This document shows, in pieces, positions 1 to 8,869 of a DNA stretch of 64,000 nt; position 1 is the stretch's first letter; each line of letters opens with the position of its first letter. The stretch is taken from assembly GCA_963662435.1 (NCBI GenBank), contig OY759598.1:3628507-3692506 (forward strand), written 5' to 3'. The notes under the pieces were generated by a model. It ran no database searches and was not told the DNA's origin. It worked only from the letters and a program-made list of their open reading frames with translations. Source of the DNA: Dehalococcoidia bacterium. Its GTDB lineage: Bacteria > Chloroflexota > Dehalococcoidia > Lucifugimonadales > VXLM01. A program made the position numbers and the translations under genes.

Positions 1-1
1 G

Positions 2-169
2 ATCGCGGCGTGTCATAAGACGGGAAAGATTCCGGGAATCTCGCTCGGAGACGTGGAGCTTGCGAGGTTCTGGATCGATGAGGGGTGCCGGTTCGTGACG
101 TGCGGTGACGACGGGTCGTGGATGGCCTCGGGGGCGAGGGCGGCGTTGGAGGGGGTGTTGGGGGAGTAA
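2..169 (+). CDS. HpcH/HpaI aldolase family protein, C-terminal part (runs off window)
   Basis: Frame 2 reads IAACHKTGKIPGISLGDVELARFWIDEGCRFVTCGDDGSWMASGARAAL..., which resembles the HpcH/HpaI C-terminus; TAA at 167-169. Confidence 0.6.
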   Translation: MAACHKTGKIPGISLGDVELARFWIDEGCRFVTCGDDGSWMASGARAALEGVLGE

Positions 170-550
170 GGGAGCCTCGCCGTCGCGGGCGGATAGGTGG
201 GAGGTTCTGGGTGCTGGGAAGATGATTCACTGCAGAGGTGCTATTCCCGAATCGCCCCTGCGAAAGGTTTGCCTGGGGTTGTTCTCAGGTGAATGACAGA
301 ATGTTAATGCTACGTAGGATGCAGGGTCCCGTTGCAGGGGGCTTGCCAGCTATGGAGAGCCTGCCTGAGGACTGCGGCGAGACTTGGGATTGGACGACTT
401 GATGAAAAACTTCTGAAACACGTGTGAAATACTTATGCAACAAGATAACGGTAGGTTAAGCGCGATTCGGTGGATGAGAAGTCGAATTGCAACATCGTGC
501 GACCTTGATATAGTTTTGTTGGTCAATAGTATCGAGGACTAACTTCTTTC

Positions 551-1546
551 ATGAGCAATCGAAGCGAGGGGCAATCGATAGACTCTCGGGTCTCCAAGCT
601 GCAGGGTGACTTGCAGCACCTGATTCAATTCCTCGTCGCGGGACTCAAGAATCAGCTTTCTCCCTATGGGGTCGACGCCGTGGAGTACACGGTCCTCAGC
701 GTCTGCCTGGGCGTGGGGCCGACTTCGATCAGAGACCTGCGGAAGCTTGTTCCCCTTGACTATGGACACATGAGTCGCACTACGAGCGGACTTGAGGACA
801 AGGGACTTCTTCGAAAAATTCGCTTGCGGGTCGATCGACGTGTGGTGCGCCTAAGGGTGACGGACGAGGGTGCGTCACTCATGCCGGAATTAGTGGGGCG
901 GGTGCAGGAATATTATGTGCTTATCGTAAGAGACATCGATCATGAGCGGTTGATCGGCTGCATGGCCGTGATGCAGAAGATGGTATCAGCGTGGGAAGAG
1001 GAGGAGAATCACCCCGCGCCGGCGGAGGGATCGCCTCATCCTTCCTCGTACGGAGATGAGGATGGAAGCGGGACTCAAAGCCCCTCGAACGAGGCGCTCT
1101 TCGGTATGCTGCAGGGCGACATGACGAGATTGATGAGCATCATATACAGGGGAATTGAGGACCGGGTGTCTCCGCTTGGGCTTGCCGTCGCGGAGTTCTC
1201 AATTCTTACGACCTGCCTCGGCAACGAATCGATCACGATTTCGGGCCTCGCGGAGCATCTTCCCCTCGATGCTGGACGCATAAGCCGTCTTGTGTCCAAC
1301 CTAGAAGACAGGGAGCTGGTCAGGAAGGTTCGCACGAGAGGAGATCGTCGGGTGGTGAGGGTGGAGATGACCGACGAGGGACGCATGCTGGCGCTCGAGT
1401 GCATGGGGCAGGTCAGCGAGCACTACGCCAACGTCGTGAGCAAGATCAGCGAAGAAGAGTTGGACGACCTGCTCACTTTCATCGCAAAGATGACGGAGAA
1501 TGCCGAGACCGCAAAAGAGGGAGGCGAGGACGGCGGGGGTGATTGA
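551..1546 (+). CDS. Tandem double-MarR-domain transcriptional regulator
   Basis: Two wHTH MarR units, each with a DRRVVR(L/V)xxTDEG wing motif, joined by a Pro/acidic linker. Confidence 0.85.
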   Translation: MSNRSEGQSIDSRVSKLQGDLQHLIQFLVAGLKNQLSPYGVDAVEYTVLSVCLGVGPTSIRDLRKLVPLDYGHMSRTTSGLEDKGLLRKIRLRVDRRVVRLRVTDEGASLMPELVGRVQEYYVLIVRDIDHERLIGCMAVMQKMVSAWEEEENHPAPAEGSPHPSSYGDEDGSGTQSPSNEALFGMLQGDMTRLMSIIYRGIEDRVSPLGLAVAEFSILTTCLGNESITISGLAEHLPLDAGRISRLVSNLEDRELVRKVRTRGDRRVVRVEMTDEGRMLALECMGQVSEHYANVVSKISEEELDDLLTFIAKMTENAETAKEGGEDGGGD

Positions 1547-1562
1547 GTGAGGCCGGAGTCAT

Positions 1563-1615
1563 TGGATTCTCGCCCCGTATGATAGTACGGGGTGACGTTC
1601 TTTCGCGGGAATGAC
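1563..1615. repeat. REP-like palindrome (GGATTCCCGC...GCGGGAATGAC family) interrupted by a CCCCGTA..TACGGGG hairpin
   Basis: Compare with the uninterrupted copy TGGATTCCCGCCTACGCGGGAATGAC at 33931-33956. Confidence 0.7.
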
Positions 1616-1689
1616 GGTGTGGGCTCTTACGGTTCGGAACGATTTGAGTGGTCTGCGTGAAGTAGATGGTTGTGCTCAGCAGCCGTCAT

Positions 1690-1730
1690 CCTCATCCTAG
1701 CCCTCTCCCAGGACGGGAGAGGGTTTTTTT
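1690..1730. repeat. REP-like CCCTCTCCC-N-GGGAGAGGG hairpin with T-tract; possible terminator for the MarR gene
   Basis: CCCTCTCCC AGGAC GGGAGAGGG TTTTTTT; related copies at ~31208 and ~50323. Confidence 0.7.
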
Positions 1731-1917
1731 CGTCAGGAGTGCGTGCCAAGGGCGCAGGGTGTAGACGAGATCTTTTGAGAGACCGTTCCAGCTATTGGTC
1801 ACCTAGTGGATGGCAACGACCTTAGATTCCTCACTTCGCTACGCTGCGTTCGGAATGCCCCAGTGATGAAATGCTGGGTCGTAATGAGAGATGAGCGTGT
1901 TAATGGGAGGCGCTTCA

Positions 1918-1943
1918 CCCTTCGACAGGCTCAGGGCGAACGG
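1918..1943. repeat. REP-like element (CCCTTCGACAGGCTCAGGGCGAACGG family)
   Basis: Related copies at ~12575, ~20823, ~24088, ~26348, ~27994, ~49478. Confidence 0.75.
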
Positions 1944-2003
1944 GGCTTTCGCGGCGCATTCTGTGAGCAGCTCGACGAGGGAAGGGTATCTTGAGGGAGT
2001 GAG

Positions 2004-2993
2004 TTACGGCTGGATCAGAATCCGCATGGAGCCGTTGGGGTCTTTTCGCTGGGTGAGGATGGTGTGGCCGTGTTCTTCGGCCCAGACCACGACATCGTAG
2101 GTGTTGAGGACGTTGGGCATGATGACTTCGAGGAATGACTTGGAGTCGGCCTCGACCCGCTCGGTGAGCTCGGCGAGGATGCTGGCGCAGGTCTTTCCGG
2201 TGCCATCGACGACGACCCATCCGTTGCTGGAATCGCCGTTCTTGCTGCCGTTGGCCATGTAGGCGCCGTCGAGGACGTCGATCTCGCCGGACTGGCGCAT
2301 GTCGAGTTGTCGCTTGAATTCGGCGACGGCCTCCCAGTAGACCCCCTCAGAGCGCTCGCCCTGCGCGCAGACGGCTCCGCGCACACCGACGATGTCGGGG
2401 TTGATGCGGGAGAGCTCGTCGAGGTTGTCGATCTTGAGGTGGCCGGAGAGGGCCGTGCTCATGCCGTCCTGCTTGCTGTCGAAGACCATGTCGCGGAGCT
2501 CGGACTCGGACATGAAGTCGAAGAGGTTGCGTCCGTCCTTGGTGAGGGTGTCGATGAGCCAGCCGTCGCACTGGCCTTCCTTGGCGAGCTTGACCATGTG
2601 GTCGGCTTCGAGTCCGTCGTAGAGGGGGTTGTCGGCGAAGAGGGAGCCTATGAGCTTGGTGTCGGTGCCCTCAAGTGCCTGTTTGGATGCCAGAAGCGTC
2701 TCGGCGGCGTGGTCGTACTCGGTGTTCATGAAGCCGACCTTGACGGAGGTTGCTCCCATCTGTCCGGCGGCGTAGACGGCCATGGCTACGGTGCCGATCT
2801 GGTTGGGGACAACGCCGAGTGTGACGCTGGCATGGTGAGGCTCGGGGATGGCGTCGCGGACCTGCTCGATGACCCACGGGTTGGCGGAGCCGACGAGGGC
2901 TTCCTGCAGGTTCTTGACGTCCACGATGTCTGCGCCGCCCTTCAGGGCGTGCTTGGCCTCGTCGAGATTCTGAACGCTCACCATCAAGATCAT
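2004..2993 (-). CDS. MfnB/DUF556 family (5-formylfuran-3-yl)methyl phosphate synthase-like protein with C-terminal TusA/SirA-like domain
   Basis: Motifs MILMVSVQNLDEA..GGADIVDVKN, SVKVG, IDTLTKDG, ALSGHL, PDIVGVRGAVC match MfnB; the last ~70 aa (VVDGTGKTC...DVVVWAEEHGHTIL...RILI) fit the TusA pattern. Confidence 0.8.
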   Translation of the reverse strand: MILMVSVQNLDEAKHALKGGADIVDVKNLQEALVGSANPWVIEQVRDAIPEPHHASVTLGVVPNQIGTVAMAVYAAGQMGATSVKVGFMNTEYDHAAETLLASKQALEGTDTKLIGSLFADNPLYDGLEADHMVKLAKEGQCDGWLIDTLTKDGRNLFDFMSESELRDMVFDSKQDGMSTALSGHLKIDNLDELSRINPDIVGVRGAVCAQGERSEGVYWEAVAEFKRQLDMRQSGEIDVLDGAYMANGSKNGDSSNGWVVVDGTGKTCASILAELTERVEADSKSFLEVIMPNVLNTYDVVVWAEEHGHTILTQRKDPNGSMRILIQP

Positions 2994-2997
2994 GTAA

Positions 2998-3987
2998 TTA
3001 ACCCCTTGCAGGTGCTAAGGAGGCGCTCTGGACGGCCTCCAGCTCGGACTTCAGTTGTGACTTTTCGTCGTCGTCTAGATCGGAGAGAGGCGGGCGAACG
3101 TGGCCGTGTTGAAGGCCCATGAGTTCGCCCCAGTACTTGCACATGGATGCGGGAAGTGCGCCGCCGAACTTGGCGACGGTGTACTGCCACCATTTGTCGG
3201 AGAGGGCCTTGACGGGCGCGAGGCGCTGCTCGTACATGACATCGTCGATGTCGCCCTCGGTGGCGCGGTCGATGAACTGGACGTAGTTGTTTTCGCCGGG
3301 GCGGTCGAAGCGCCAGTCTGACGTGTTGGCGAACATGACCTGCTGCTGGAAGCCTAGCTCGCGGCCCTTGAACAGGACCCACTCGTCGGGGGCGCTGATG
3401 ATTGCGGACTCGCCGAGGAGGCGGTGTGCCTCGATGGTAAGGTCGCGGTTGAAGCTGGCCTCCTTGACTCCGACGACGTTGGGTATGTCGCAGAGTCGGC
3501 TGAGGCCGTCGGCGCTCATGACGATGCCGAATTGGGGCGAGTTGTAGAACATGATGGCAAGGTTGGTGGAGTCTGCCAGGCGTCGAATGAAGTCGACGAC
3601 CTGTGACTCAGTCTTTGTGACGAAGTAGGGCGGGGCCGCGATGAGGAGGTCGAAGCCGATGCTCTCGGCGTGGTCGGCGAGGAAGAGCATGTCCTTGGCA
3701 GATGTGTGGGTGACGTGAGCGCCGATGAGCCACTGACCGGCCGCCTCGTCGGCGAAGGTGTCGTATACCTGAAGGCGCTCCTCGCGGGTGAGACTCCAGA
3801 ACTCGCCCATGCCCCAGGTGCATCCGGCTCCTCGGGTGCCGAGTGAGATGACGTGGCGGATGTTGTATCGAAGGGCGTCCTCATCGACCTCGTCGTCGGG
3901 GGTGAACGGGGTCATGAGTGTGCTCCACTCGCCTCGGAGGTTCTCCCGAGCCCAGTCCTGGGCCTCGCTCTTGGTGTATGTCGCCAT
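2998..3987 (-). CDS. Dihydrodipicolinate synthase/NAL (DapA-like) family aldolase
   Basis: TPFTPDDEVDEDAL, GMGEFWSLTREER, FYNSP (Tyr), GVKEAS (Schiff-base Lys); WGMGE in place of GTTGE suggests it is not the housekeeping DapA. Confidence 0.85.
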   Translation of the reverse strand: MATYTKSEAQDWARENLRGEWSTLMTPFTPDDEVDEDALRYNIRHVISLGTRGAGCTWGMGEFWSLTREERLQVYDTFADEAAGQWLIGAHVTHTSAKDMLFLADHAESIGFDLLIAAPPYFVTKTESQVVDFIRRLADSTNLAIMFYNSPQFGIVMSADGLSRLCDIPNVVGVKEASFNRDLTIEAHRLLGESAIISAPDEWVLFKGRELGFQQQVMFANTSDWRFDRPGENNYVQFIDRATEGDIDDVMYEQRLAPVKALSDKWWQYTVAKFGGALPASMCKYWGELMGLQHGHVRPPLSDLDDDEKSQLKSELEAVQSASLAPARG

Positions 3988-4048
3988 TCGGGGGACTCCT
4001 AAATGCGCTGTGGAGGGCGTGAAGAAGCGACGCCGTGTACTAGGTTCA

Positions 4049-4078
4049 ATGATAACGACGGGTGCGATTATGTGTCAA
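4049..4078 (-). promoter_or_regulatory. sigma70-type promoter for the DapA-like/MfnB operon
   Basis: Minus strand TTGACA-N18-TATCAT upstream of the AGGAG RBS. Confidence 0.55.
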
Positions 4079-4753
4079 TGAGGAGGGAGGTGCTGGGTTG
4101 TGGGTGCTAGGTGCTGGGAAGAGGACTCACCGCAGAGGGCACGGAGGGCGCAGGGAGGAAGGATTCACCACAAAGGACACGGAGGAGGGAGGGACTGTTA
4201 TAGCAGGGGCTAGGCCTGTTATCTTCAAGCCGATTTGGCCGCTAAGCGCATATGTACTACACTGGCCGTGTAGACCTCGAAGTACTCTGCGTCAACGACG
4301 GAAAGAAGAGCACTAACATAACGTTTCGAAGGGAATTACAACTAGCAAAGAATCAGACTGCACCGAAAGAGATGTCCGAAAATGTCCGGAAATGTCCGGT
4401 AAATCCTGGAGGTGCACGTCCAAATCAGGGTGGGGAGCGATCGTCGTACGGCAGCACGGTCCACTTCGACAAGGGCAATTGAGAGAACACTGTACCGCCC
4501 CACTCACGCATAGCGGGACCGCCTGTCGCCAAGGAAGAGTTGTCAGGAAATGTCTTACAAATAAAGGCGCAATACCTCTCCCACATGAGCGACACGATCA
4601 TTAATGACTACGAAGAGTATACGGAGGTATAAGGGGCGCACCTTTTGCGGTTTCGGTGTACGTTGGCTCGTGTTCCAAATGTCATTATGAGAATAAAAGA
4701 AACGTCCGTGGGCCCACAGCACCCTCGGACGCCTCTGAAACCAGTATTACCCC

Positions 4754-5545
4754 TTACCCCTGCGCCGCTAGCCACTCCTCGTATTCGCGGAGGCCCTCTT
4801 CGTTGAAGGGGTAGTACTTGTTGAGCTCGCCGCCTTCGCGGAGTCTCATGCGGACGAAGACCTCGTGCTCGTCGCGCTCGCCGGCTATCTCGATGATCTT
4901 GGGGGCGAGCCTGGGCGGGACGACGATCGCGCCGCCGTCGTCCGCCATGATGATGTCGCCCGGCCGGACGAGCACCTTGCCGCACGCGATGGGCAGGTTG
5001 ATGTCCTCAGGGAAGAGGTTCATGTGTCCCGCGCCGCCCGTGGTGACGGCGGTCGACCAGACGGGCACCTGGACCTCGTTGAAGATGGCGGCGGAGTCGC
5101 GGATTCCGGTGTCGATGACTACGCCCGCTCCTCCTTGGGACTTGAAGTAGGTCATCAGCATCTCGCCGAAGGTGCCGGTCGCGAGGTCGCCGCGTCCGTC
5201 GACGGCAATGACGTCGCCGGGCTGGACATAGTCGAAGATCTCCCAGAGGGCGGAGCGCTTCTCGCTCTCCTCCTCCATCCGGACGTCGCTCTCCTCCTCC
5301 GACTCGCCGGGTATCTCGTATCCGGCCATCTGGTCTTCGCGCTGGGGGACGAACCTCAGGGTCAGGGCGGGGCCGCAAATCTTGCTGCCGGGCACCCGGG
5401 CAATTGGGCCCTCGATGAATGTGCGGTGAACGCCGAGGCCGTCCATGGTGGAGGTCACGCTGTCGGTGTCGAGCACGCTGAGCGCGTCGATGATTTCCTT
5501 CGGGGGCCGGACGATGTCTTTGGACGGGTCGTAGCTGCTGGTCAT
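4754..5545 (-). CDS. RraA-like / HMG-aldolase family protein
   Basis: GPALTLRFVP, GTFGEML, GVVIDTGIRD, CGKVLVRPGDIIMADDGGAIVVP. Confidence 0.85.
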   Translation of the reverse strand: MTSSYDPSKDIVRPPKEIIDALSVLDTDSVTSTMDGLGVHRTFIEGPIARVPGSKICGPALTLRFVPQREDQMAGYEIPGESEEESDVRMEEESEKRSALWEIFDYVQPGDVIAVDGRGDLATGTFGEMLMTYFKSQGGAGVVIDTGIRDSAAIFNEVQVPVWSTAVTTGGAGHMNLFPEDINLPIACGKVLVRPGDIIMADDGGAIVVPPRLAPKIIEIAGERDEHEVFVRMRLREGGELNKYYPFNEEGLREYEEWLAAQG

Positions 5546-5878
5546 CTACATGCTCCAGGTGGTGTTGCAGTCGAAGAGGGTGTAGGAGACGTCGGTGCAG
5601 TGCTCGATGACCTGCGGCCAGACCTCCTGGTGGATGTCGCGGGCGACCCAGTCGACGCGCTCCTGCTCTGTCCGCCAGATGGAGACCATCTCATAGCCGA
5701 AGGGGGGCTTGCTGGCCTCGAGCGCGGCGAGGTCGTCATCGCTGAAGGGAGTGTTGAGGGTGGCGCGCAGGAAGCCGGGCTGCTGGGTCATTGCGGATAT
5801 CCAGACATCCTTGATTGCCGTTTCGAGGGCGGCCTCCTGTCCCTCCTTGGCGGTCAGGTAGACATTGAGCGAGATCAT
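5546..5878 (-). CDS. Antibiotic-biosynthesis-monooxygenase-like (dimeric alpha/beta barrel) protein
   Basis: MISLNVYLTAKEGQEAALE..QQPGFL..WRTEQERVDWVARDIHQ; AGGAG RBS before ATG 5878; abuts the next gene. Confidence 0.6.
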   Translation of the reverse strand: MISLNVYLTAKEGQEAALETAIKDVWISAMTQQPGFLRATLNTPFSDDDLAALEASKPPFGYEMVSIWRTEQERVDWVARDIHQEVWPQVIEHCTDVSYTLFDCNTTWSM

Positions 5879-5959
5879 TCGTGGACTCCTTTTGTCGATT
5901 GTGGGATTACCGTAATGCGAAACGGGGCGTTTGGCAAGTGGGAGGGGTTGCACATCCCC

Positions 5960-7405
5960 CTACCGCGCGCAGCACCACTCTAGGACGATGCCATCGACAG
6001 TCTCGACTTGCCCCGGATGAGTCACGCTTGCCAGCATCGACACATCTCGCGGCACCCTCACCCCTCCGTGCCGTTCCTCGGTGCGCACCGCCGCATTGAC
6101 CCATATCCACTTGCCGTCGGGAGACCAGTCCCAGTGAATTGGTTTCGGGTACTGCACGGACTCCCAGACCCTCGTAATGGTTTCGCTCGAGGGGTCAAAG
6201 ACCTCGATCGAAGCCTTCACCGATGGCTGCCACCTCCACCTGAAGTATGCAATTCTCGCATCATCCGGCGACCACACGGGCGCTCCCATCACCACCAACT
6301 CTCGGTCATCGGAAGTTGGCACCGTGACATGCCTTTCTAGCGCCCCACTCGAGTCGATAATGCCCACGCTGTACACATTCATGTAGTCCATCGCCAGGAA
6401 CGCAGCGCGGTCGCCGTCCTTCGTCGTGGCGGGGGCCGAGATCACCAATTCGTCTTCGAGGGTGGAGGTTTCCCGCTTCATCTGCCGGTGCAGGCCGGAC
6501 CAGGTCACCAACTCACTTTCTACGCCGGTCTTCAGATCTATCGAGACGAGCCGGTTGTTTACCGGCCCACGAAGCTGGTTATTACGTTCGATCCAGTAAA
6601 CGTCGTTCGAAGGGAGAGCGAGGATGCTCGTTCCATTCCTCCACCACGCGAAACCGTCCGCTGTTCGCCCAAAGAAATCGAACCAGTACATCAGGTCCGT
6701 AGCTACGCGTCGGGGAGAAGCTCCTGCATTGGCGTCAGTCACCCAAAGTTCATGCCTGCTGGGCAGGTCGTCTACAAACTGCTGGTCTTCCAGCAAGGGC
6801 ATGTAGCCAACCATGCTGCCGTCAGGCGACCAGGAATCACAGCATCCGGAGGGCATCTCTCTCACCACTCGCTGCTCGTCTAGCGACACCATGAGGTAGC
6901 CTTCCGAACCCGGTACGAGGACGTGTCCCTCGTCCGGTGACGGCAAGAGAATGCCCGTCCCCTTGAACCTGTCATCGAGGGGCCGGTCGAGGGGAATCTC
7001 GGCAGTCGTCGAGGCGTCGCCACCTTCGACCTCCATCAGGACGAGACGTGAAGACTTTTCATCCGCCTGACGCAGCGCGACCACGCGGCCGTCTCGCGTC
7101 AGTATTCCTGTGACGTAGTCGCCGGTCCGCGTGATCCGTCGCTCCGACTGCCCTTGCAACAAGTACAGGTCGCCGTCCCTGAACAACAGGATCGTCCCGG
7201 CTCTCTGGAGGGTCGGCTCAGCAGTGGGCTCAGTAGGCGGAGTCGGTTCCGGAGTAGGGTCCGGGTGGGGAGTGGACACCGCCGTAGTGTTCGTCTCCAG
7301 GGTCGGCGCCGGCAGAGCCGTCTCTGCTGGGCCGTGCCTGCACCCGACGACCGAGAGCACCACCACAAGCGCAACGAGGAAACATGTCGTGAGGAGCATG
7401 TTCAT
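5960..7405 (-). CDS. Putative lipoprotein with TolB/WD40-like beta-propeller repeats
   Basis: Lipobox-like LSVVGC, Pro/Thr linker, repeated WSPDG/WSPDD motifs. Confidence 0.65.
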   Translation of the reverse strand: MNMLLTTCFLVALVVVLSVVGCRHGPAETALPAPTLETNTTAVSTPHPDPTPEPTPPTEPTAEPTLQRAGTILLFRDGDLYLLQGQSERRITRTGDYVTGILTRDGRVVALRQADEKSSRLVLMEVEGGDASTTAEIPLDRPLDDRFKGTGILLPSPDEGHVLVPGSEGYLMVSLDEQRVVREMPSGCCDSWSPDGSMVGYMPLLEDQQFVDDLPSRHELWVTDANAGASPRRVATDLMYWFDFFGRTADGFAWWRNGTSILALPSNDVYWIERNNQLRGPVNNRLVSIDLKTGVESELVTWSGLHRQMKRETSTLEDELVISAPATTKDGDRAAFLAMDYMNVYSVGIIDSSGALERHVTVPTSDDRELVVMGAPVWSPDDARIAYFRWRWQPSVKASIEVFDPSSETITRVWESVQYPKPIHWDWSPDGKWIWVNAAVRTEERHGGVRVPRDVSMLASVTHPGQVETVDGIVLEWCCAR

Positions 7406-7474
7406 CTGTCCCGCCCCCCTGCTCCGGCGGAATTCACTGTAGAACCAGAAGGACCCTAAAACGACGGGCGAAGC

Positions 7475-8320
7475 CTATCCCCGACTCGGCTCCGCCATCT
7501 CGGCCTTGGCTTGCTCAACCAGGGCGGCCATGTGGTCGTCCAGGGCGAGGCGCTGTTCGAGGTGACGCATTCTCGCTGGGCCTGCCGTATCGATCATGAC
7601 GTCGCCGTAGGCGCGGGGGTGCCAGAAGCGGACGAGGTCGGCGAGTTCGTCGCGGAGGATGTGCTCGTCCTCGTCGCGGTGGCGTTGCTGGAAGCCGATG
7701 GTAAACATGCGACGTTCCGCGCTTCCGCCGTAGGCGCAGTGCTTGATCTTGTGGTTGAAGACGAGGACATCGCCCGGCTCGCTTTCCAGCGGGACGGCGG
7801 GGACGTCCGGTCCCTGCATGGCCCACGTTTCCTCGTAGTACTGGCGGCTGGAGTGGGGCATAGCCTCCTGAACGGAGTCGCCGTAGCGGTCGCCGACGTT
7901 GTGAGTGCCGGGGAGTACGCGGAGGCAGCCGGTGTCCTTTGTGACGCGGTCGAGATAGAAGGCGACCTTCAGGGAGTTGTAGGGCTTGTTGTAATACCGA
8001 TCGGAGTGCCAGAGCGTCGGCCCTACAAAAAAATTGCCGTCGCTGAACATGTAGTTGTAGTCGTCGCCGAGAATGGCGGACGCGATGCCGTCGATGCGGG
8101 GGTCGTCGATGAGGGCGCTGAGGTACTCGTGCCGGTCGATGAAGGGCACAAGGGCGGAGCGGCGCATGCCATCGTGGGCGTCTCCGGCGTGACCACCGCC
8201 GAGGGCGTTCCATACCTCGTGAAACGAAGCCTCAATTAGGTGAAATTCGTCGCGGAAGAGGCCGGGCATCTTGAGGAAGCCAAAGGTGTGGAAGTGGTTC
8301 ACTTGCTGTGGGGTTAGCAT
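7475..8320 (-). CDS. Phytanoyl-CoA dioxygenase (PhyH) family Fe(II)/2-oxoglutarate oxygenase
   Basis: FHTFGFL, WHSD (HxD), GCLRVLPGTH, PGDVLVFNHKIKH, RR. Confidence 0.85.
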   Translation of the reverse strand: MLTPQQVNHFHTFGFLKMPGLFRDEFHLIEASFHEVWNALGGGHAGDAHDGMRRSALVPFIDRHEYLSALIDDPRIDGIASAILGDDYNYMFSDGNFFVGPTLWHSDRYYNKPYNSLKVAFYLDRVTKDTGCLRVLPGTHNVGDRYGDSVQEAMPHSSRQYYEETWAMQGPDVPAVPLESEPGDVLVFNHKIKHCAYGGSAERRMFTIGFQQRHRDEDEHILRDELADLVRFWHPRAYGDVMIDTAGPARMRHLEQRLALDDHMAALVEQAKAEMAEPSRG

Positions 8321-8520
8321 GACGGCCTCTCTTTTCTGCTCCGGCGCATCTTCGCGACCTCGTTCTTGATGTATGAGAGCCAGAATCCGAGGGCCATAAG
8401 AACGGCGCCTATGGCGGTCCCCAGGGCCTGCCCGTCACGGGAGACGACGATGAGCGCCACTCCGGCGAGGAGGATGAGGACGCCGATGATGCGCTGGACG
8501 CTAGGACTGCCGAGAGTCAT
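8314..8520 (-). CDS. Small two-TM membrane protein
   Basis: Two hydrophobic segments; overlaps the start of the phyH-family gene. Confidence 0.55.
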   Translation of the reverse strand: MTLGSPSVQRIIGVLILLAGVALIVVSRDGQALGTAIGAVLMALGFWLSYIKNEVAKMRRSRKERPSC

Positions 8521-8538
8521 CGAAACGCCCGTTGGTAG

Positions 8539-8814
8539 TCACTCCTCATCCCGGTCTCCGAATTGCGTGAAGGGCCATGAGACGATCTTTGCGATGACGG
8601 CAAGGATGATGACGACCGGAATGAAAATTGCCAGTCCTAACAGCAGCACACCGAGGAGACCGAAAGTGAGCGCGAGCACGATCCCCACCAGGACGAAGGT
8701 CCCGACCAACACGGCAACCACGAACATGAGGGCCAAGGGCACCACAATGATGCTGATGGCTGCCTTTGCCACGGGGTTCGTGACTTCTGTGTCGTTGATC
8801 ATGATGCGGGACAT
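8539..8814 (-). CDS. Small hydrophobic membrane protein
   Basis: 91 aa, highly hydrophobic; purine-rich RBS; same direction as neighbours. Confidence 0.6.
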   Translation of the reverse strand: MSRIMINDTEVTNPVAKAAISIIVVPLALMFVVAVLVGTFVLVGIVLALTFGLLGVLLLGLAIFIPVVIILAVIAKIVSWPFTQFGDRDEE

Positions 8815-8869
8815 GCTCGTTTTTCCTTTCAGGGAGAGCGGAACCGGTGGGCTCCCGGCTCACCGGCGA

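Noticed and set aside
1806..2220. Short ORFs spanning REP clusters (also near 20500-21000, 24018-24290, 27885-28094, 49454-49786, 61189-61476)
   Set aside because: Their peptides (e.g. PFDRLRANG, PVSSTGQALSLS) are translations of the repeats.
2998..3987. dapA assignment
   Set aside because: GTTGE is replaced by WGMGE and there is no lysine-pathway context.
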